A stretch of 64,000 nt of DNA from an uncultured delta proteobacterium (lineage in GTDB: Bacteria > Desulfobacterota > Desulfobacteria > Desulfobacterales > Desulfosalsimonadaceae): NCBI GenBank assembly GCA_963826785.1, contig CAWGYD010000003.1:128001-192000 (forward strand), written 5' to 3'. Shown here piece by piece: positions 61,792 through 64,000 of this stretch. The translations under genes and the position numbers were made by a program. The notes beneath the pieces are model-generated. The model worked only from the letters and a program-made list of their open reading frames with translations, did not search any database and had not been told where the DNA came from. Numbering within the stretch: the first letter of the stretch is position 1; every line of letters starts with the position of its first letter.

Positions 61792-62586
61792 TTATTCCTC
61801 CTCGCTTTTCTGAGGTTTCGGGATCCATTTGCGGTAGTCGAACCCCCGGATGATCCGCGCGGTCTGGTAGATCTTGCGGGCGTTGTCCAGAACTTTTTCC
61901 ATGTTGATCAGGTGATAGTCCACATTGACATCCACGTAGGGGTTTTTGGACTTGGTGGCCATGGGGACCCCCACCACCATGCCCGATTTGGGGCAGTACC
62001 CCAGTTTCTGGCCCGCCATGCCGATGCTGGCGAAGGGCCGGGCATCCACCATCAGGGTGTGGGCCGTCCACAGGGCGCTGCCCACCGCATACCCCAGGTC
62101 GCCCACCCGGGCCGAGCACAGGGGGCCGTCGATCATCTTTTTGGATGACCGGTCGGTGATGTCCACCAGGCCGCTTCGGGTGGTCTTTTTCTCATAGAAA
62201 TAGCCGCAGTCGAGCGTGCCGCCGCACATGCCGCACCCGGCGTCCAGAGGGGTTTCGTGGCAGCGGGTGTTTCCGATGAACAAGATGACATCGGAATCCC
62301 GGACCATGACGGCTTCATAGAGAAACGCCTCTTTCCAGCTTTCCTGGGTATGGGCGATCTCCTCTACTTTGCGGGCGATGGCCTCGATTTCCTCCTGGCC
62401 ATAGACGATATGCCCCTCGATGGAAGGAACACCGCCGGCAAACGGGGCGGTCAGGGCCGAATCCATCATCAGCCGGGCCGCTTCCAGGGCGCATTTTTTC
62501 CGGCGGATGTCCTGGGGCGACCAGGAGGTCCACTCGCTGATGTATTCCTCGCCGGAAAAGTTTAAATCTTCGACATATTTTTTCAT
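61792..62586 (-). CDS. DUF2148-like ferredoxin-domain protein (paralog 1)
   Basis: TAP, CGMCGGTLDC, GPLC, DLGYAVGSA, VDARPFASIG, KSKNPYVD. Confidence 0.78.
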   Translation of the reverse strand: MKKYVEDLNFSGEEYISEWTSWSPQDIRRKKCALEAARLMMDSALTAPFAGGVPSIEGHIVYGQEEIEAIARKVEEIAHTQESWKEAFLYEAVMVRDSDVILFIGNTRCHETPLDAGCGMCGGTLDCGYFYEKKTTRSGLVDITDRSSKKMIDGPLCSARVGDLGYAVGSALWTAHTLMVDARPFASIGMAGQKLGYCPKSGMVVGVPMATKSKNPYVDVNVDYHLINMEKVLDNARKIYQTARIIRGFDYRKWIPKPQKSEEE

Positions 62587-62610
62587 TCCCCAAGCTCCTT
62601 TGTTAGGGGT

Positions 62611-64000
62611 TTATTGACCTTCATACGCATGAACGTTTTCCGCATCCGGGGAAAATTCATCGCGCAACAGGCGGTCCAGGTTCTTTTCCGAGGCGGATTT
62701 GGGGATCTCGGCCACCACCTGCAGGTAGGAGGGGATGGCGTTTCCCTCCAGTTTCTGCCGGCAGAGTTTAAACACCGACATCGGATCGATGGCCCGGTTT
62801 TCCATGGGGACCACCGCGGCCACCAGGTCGCTTTCCCCCGGGGCGCCGGATGCCGCCGGAATGCCGTAGACGCAGACATCGGAAACATCGGGATGTTCTG
62901 CAATGGCCGCCTCCACGTAAAAGGGCTGGATGAAATCCCCGGACCGGCGCAGCCCGCCGCCTTTGCGGAAATCGAAGAAAAACCAGCCCGCCTCATCCGT
63001 ATGCCCCATGTCGCCCGTGCGCAGCCATCCGCCGCGGGTTTTTTCCTCGGAGGCTTTCTGCCGGCCCAGGTAATCGACTTCGGTTTTCTGGCCCACCAGC
63101 CGGAAGATGATCTCCCCGGTTTCCCCGGGCGCGCATTCATCATCCCCGTCTTTTACCACCTTCATTTCCATCAGCCCCTCCAGTGGTTTTCCGAAGGACC
63201 CGATGGGGCCCATGCCCGGCGGTTTATGCGCAAACCCGCCCTCCACGGCGCCGTACCACTCGTGGATCATCACATTGAAGCGTTTTTCGAAGGCATCCCA
63301 GATGGTCAGGGGGGTCCCCGCGCTCAGCACCAGCCGCACGGGATTCTCCCCGTCATCCGGCCGGGGCGGTTCACTGTAGATGCCCATCATCATGCCACCC
63401 AGCAGGGAAAAAGAGGTGCACCCGTAATGCCGGCAGATGTCCCAGATGCGGCTTTTAGTGAATTTGGCACTGATGACGGAAGGGATGTTGAGGATCAGGG
63501 ACGGCACCAGGGTCACGGCCTGGGCATTGCCGTGGGTGAGCGATAGCCCCGTGTACAGTTTGTCCTGGGGGGTGTATTGCCACACGAACAGGCCCAGCTG
63601 GGCAAACTGGGACAACCGGTCTCCTTTTACCACCACCCCCTTGGGATCCCCGGTGGTGCCGGAGGTGTATATCACTTCGATGGGAACTGCAGCGGTTTCA
63701 TTTCGCTGATCCGGCGGGGGGGCTTCGGGCCCGGCAAAAATTTCGTTCAAGGAGGGGAATTCATCGGTAACCGGCACGCCCATGCCGTCCTTGTAGGCGA
63801 CGCCCAGAACGGACACGTCGGGGACGTCAGGCAGCACCTGCCGGACATTGTCCATGAATTCGGACGTGAACATGATCCCTTTTGCCCTGGAATCGGTCAG
63901 CATGTATTTGAGGCGCTGCCCCTTCACCCGGGGATCGACGGGGATCATGACCGCACCGAGGAGGGTTCCAGCATAGAGCGAATAGAGAAATTCCGGATGA
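62611..64000 (-). CDS. AMP-forming acyl-CoA ligase, CaiC-like (5' end outside the window)
   Basis: IYTSGTTGDPKG, YGAVEG, GWLRTGD, IPKSASEK. Confidence 0.92.
   Translation of the reverse strand, partial: HPEFLYSLYAGTLLGAVMIPVDPRVKGQRLKYMLTDSRAKGIMFTSEFMDNVRQVLPDVPDVSVLGVAYKDGMGVPVTDEFPSLNEIFAGPEAPPPDQRNETAAVPIEVIYTSGTTGDPKGVVVKGDRLSQFAQLGLFVWQYTPQDKLYTGLSLTHGNAQAVTLVPSLILNIPSVISAKFTKSRIWDICRHYGCTSFSLLGGMMMGIYSEPPRPDDGENPVRLVLSAGTPLTIWDAFEKRFNVMIHEWYGAVEGGFAHKPPGMGPIGSFGKPLEGLMEMKVVKDGDDECAPGETGEIIFRLVGQKTEVDYLGRQKASEEKTRGGWLRTGDMGHTDEAGWFFFDFRKGGGLRRSGDFIQPFYVEAAIAEHPDVSDVCVYGIPAASGAPGESDLVAAVVPMENRAIDPMSVFKLCRQKLEGNAIPSYLQVVAEIPKSASEKNLDRLLRDEFSPDAENVHAYEGQ

Overview
GC-rich bacterial chromosomal segment. 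Gene content and intergenic repeat style suggest an anaerobic Desulfobacterota (Desulfobacterales-like) genome; this is an inference. Layout: (1) 1-7.4 kb housekeeping and miscellaneous genes (5' part of gyrA, thiolase, NRDE, lepB, cobO, slyD); (2) 7.6-15.2 kb TetR-controlled redox cluster (4Fe-4S protein, molybdopterin oxidoreductase, OYE-type flavin oxidoreductase, FadH-like); (3) WYL regulator with a divergent unknown gene, then degP; (4) 19-32.7 kb glycogen/trehalose cluster (malQ, treY, GH57/DUF3536, treZ, treT, DUF5752, glgA, fbaB); (5) 32.8-47.3 kb accessory hotspot with three type II toxin-antitoxin pairs, an attC-like site, PerR-catalase, several internally deleted gene remnants, a TetR-ADC-SDR-GH3 module and three degraded copies of one unknown sequence at module junctions; (6) 47.3-64 kb acyl-CoA catabolism cluster (ECH, USP, OYE, SDRs, etfA-EMO-etfB, SCP2-type thiolase, acyl-CoA dehydrogenase, tandem DUF2148-like proteins, CoA ligase). 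Many single-base frameshifts (treY, treZ, GH3 and others) may be long-read assembly errors. No rRNA, tRNA, CRISPR array, integrase or transposase was recognised. All family calls come from motif recognition by eye, not from database searches.
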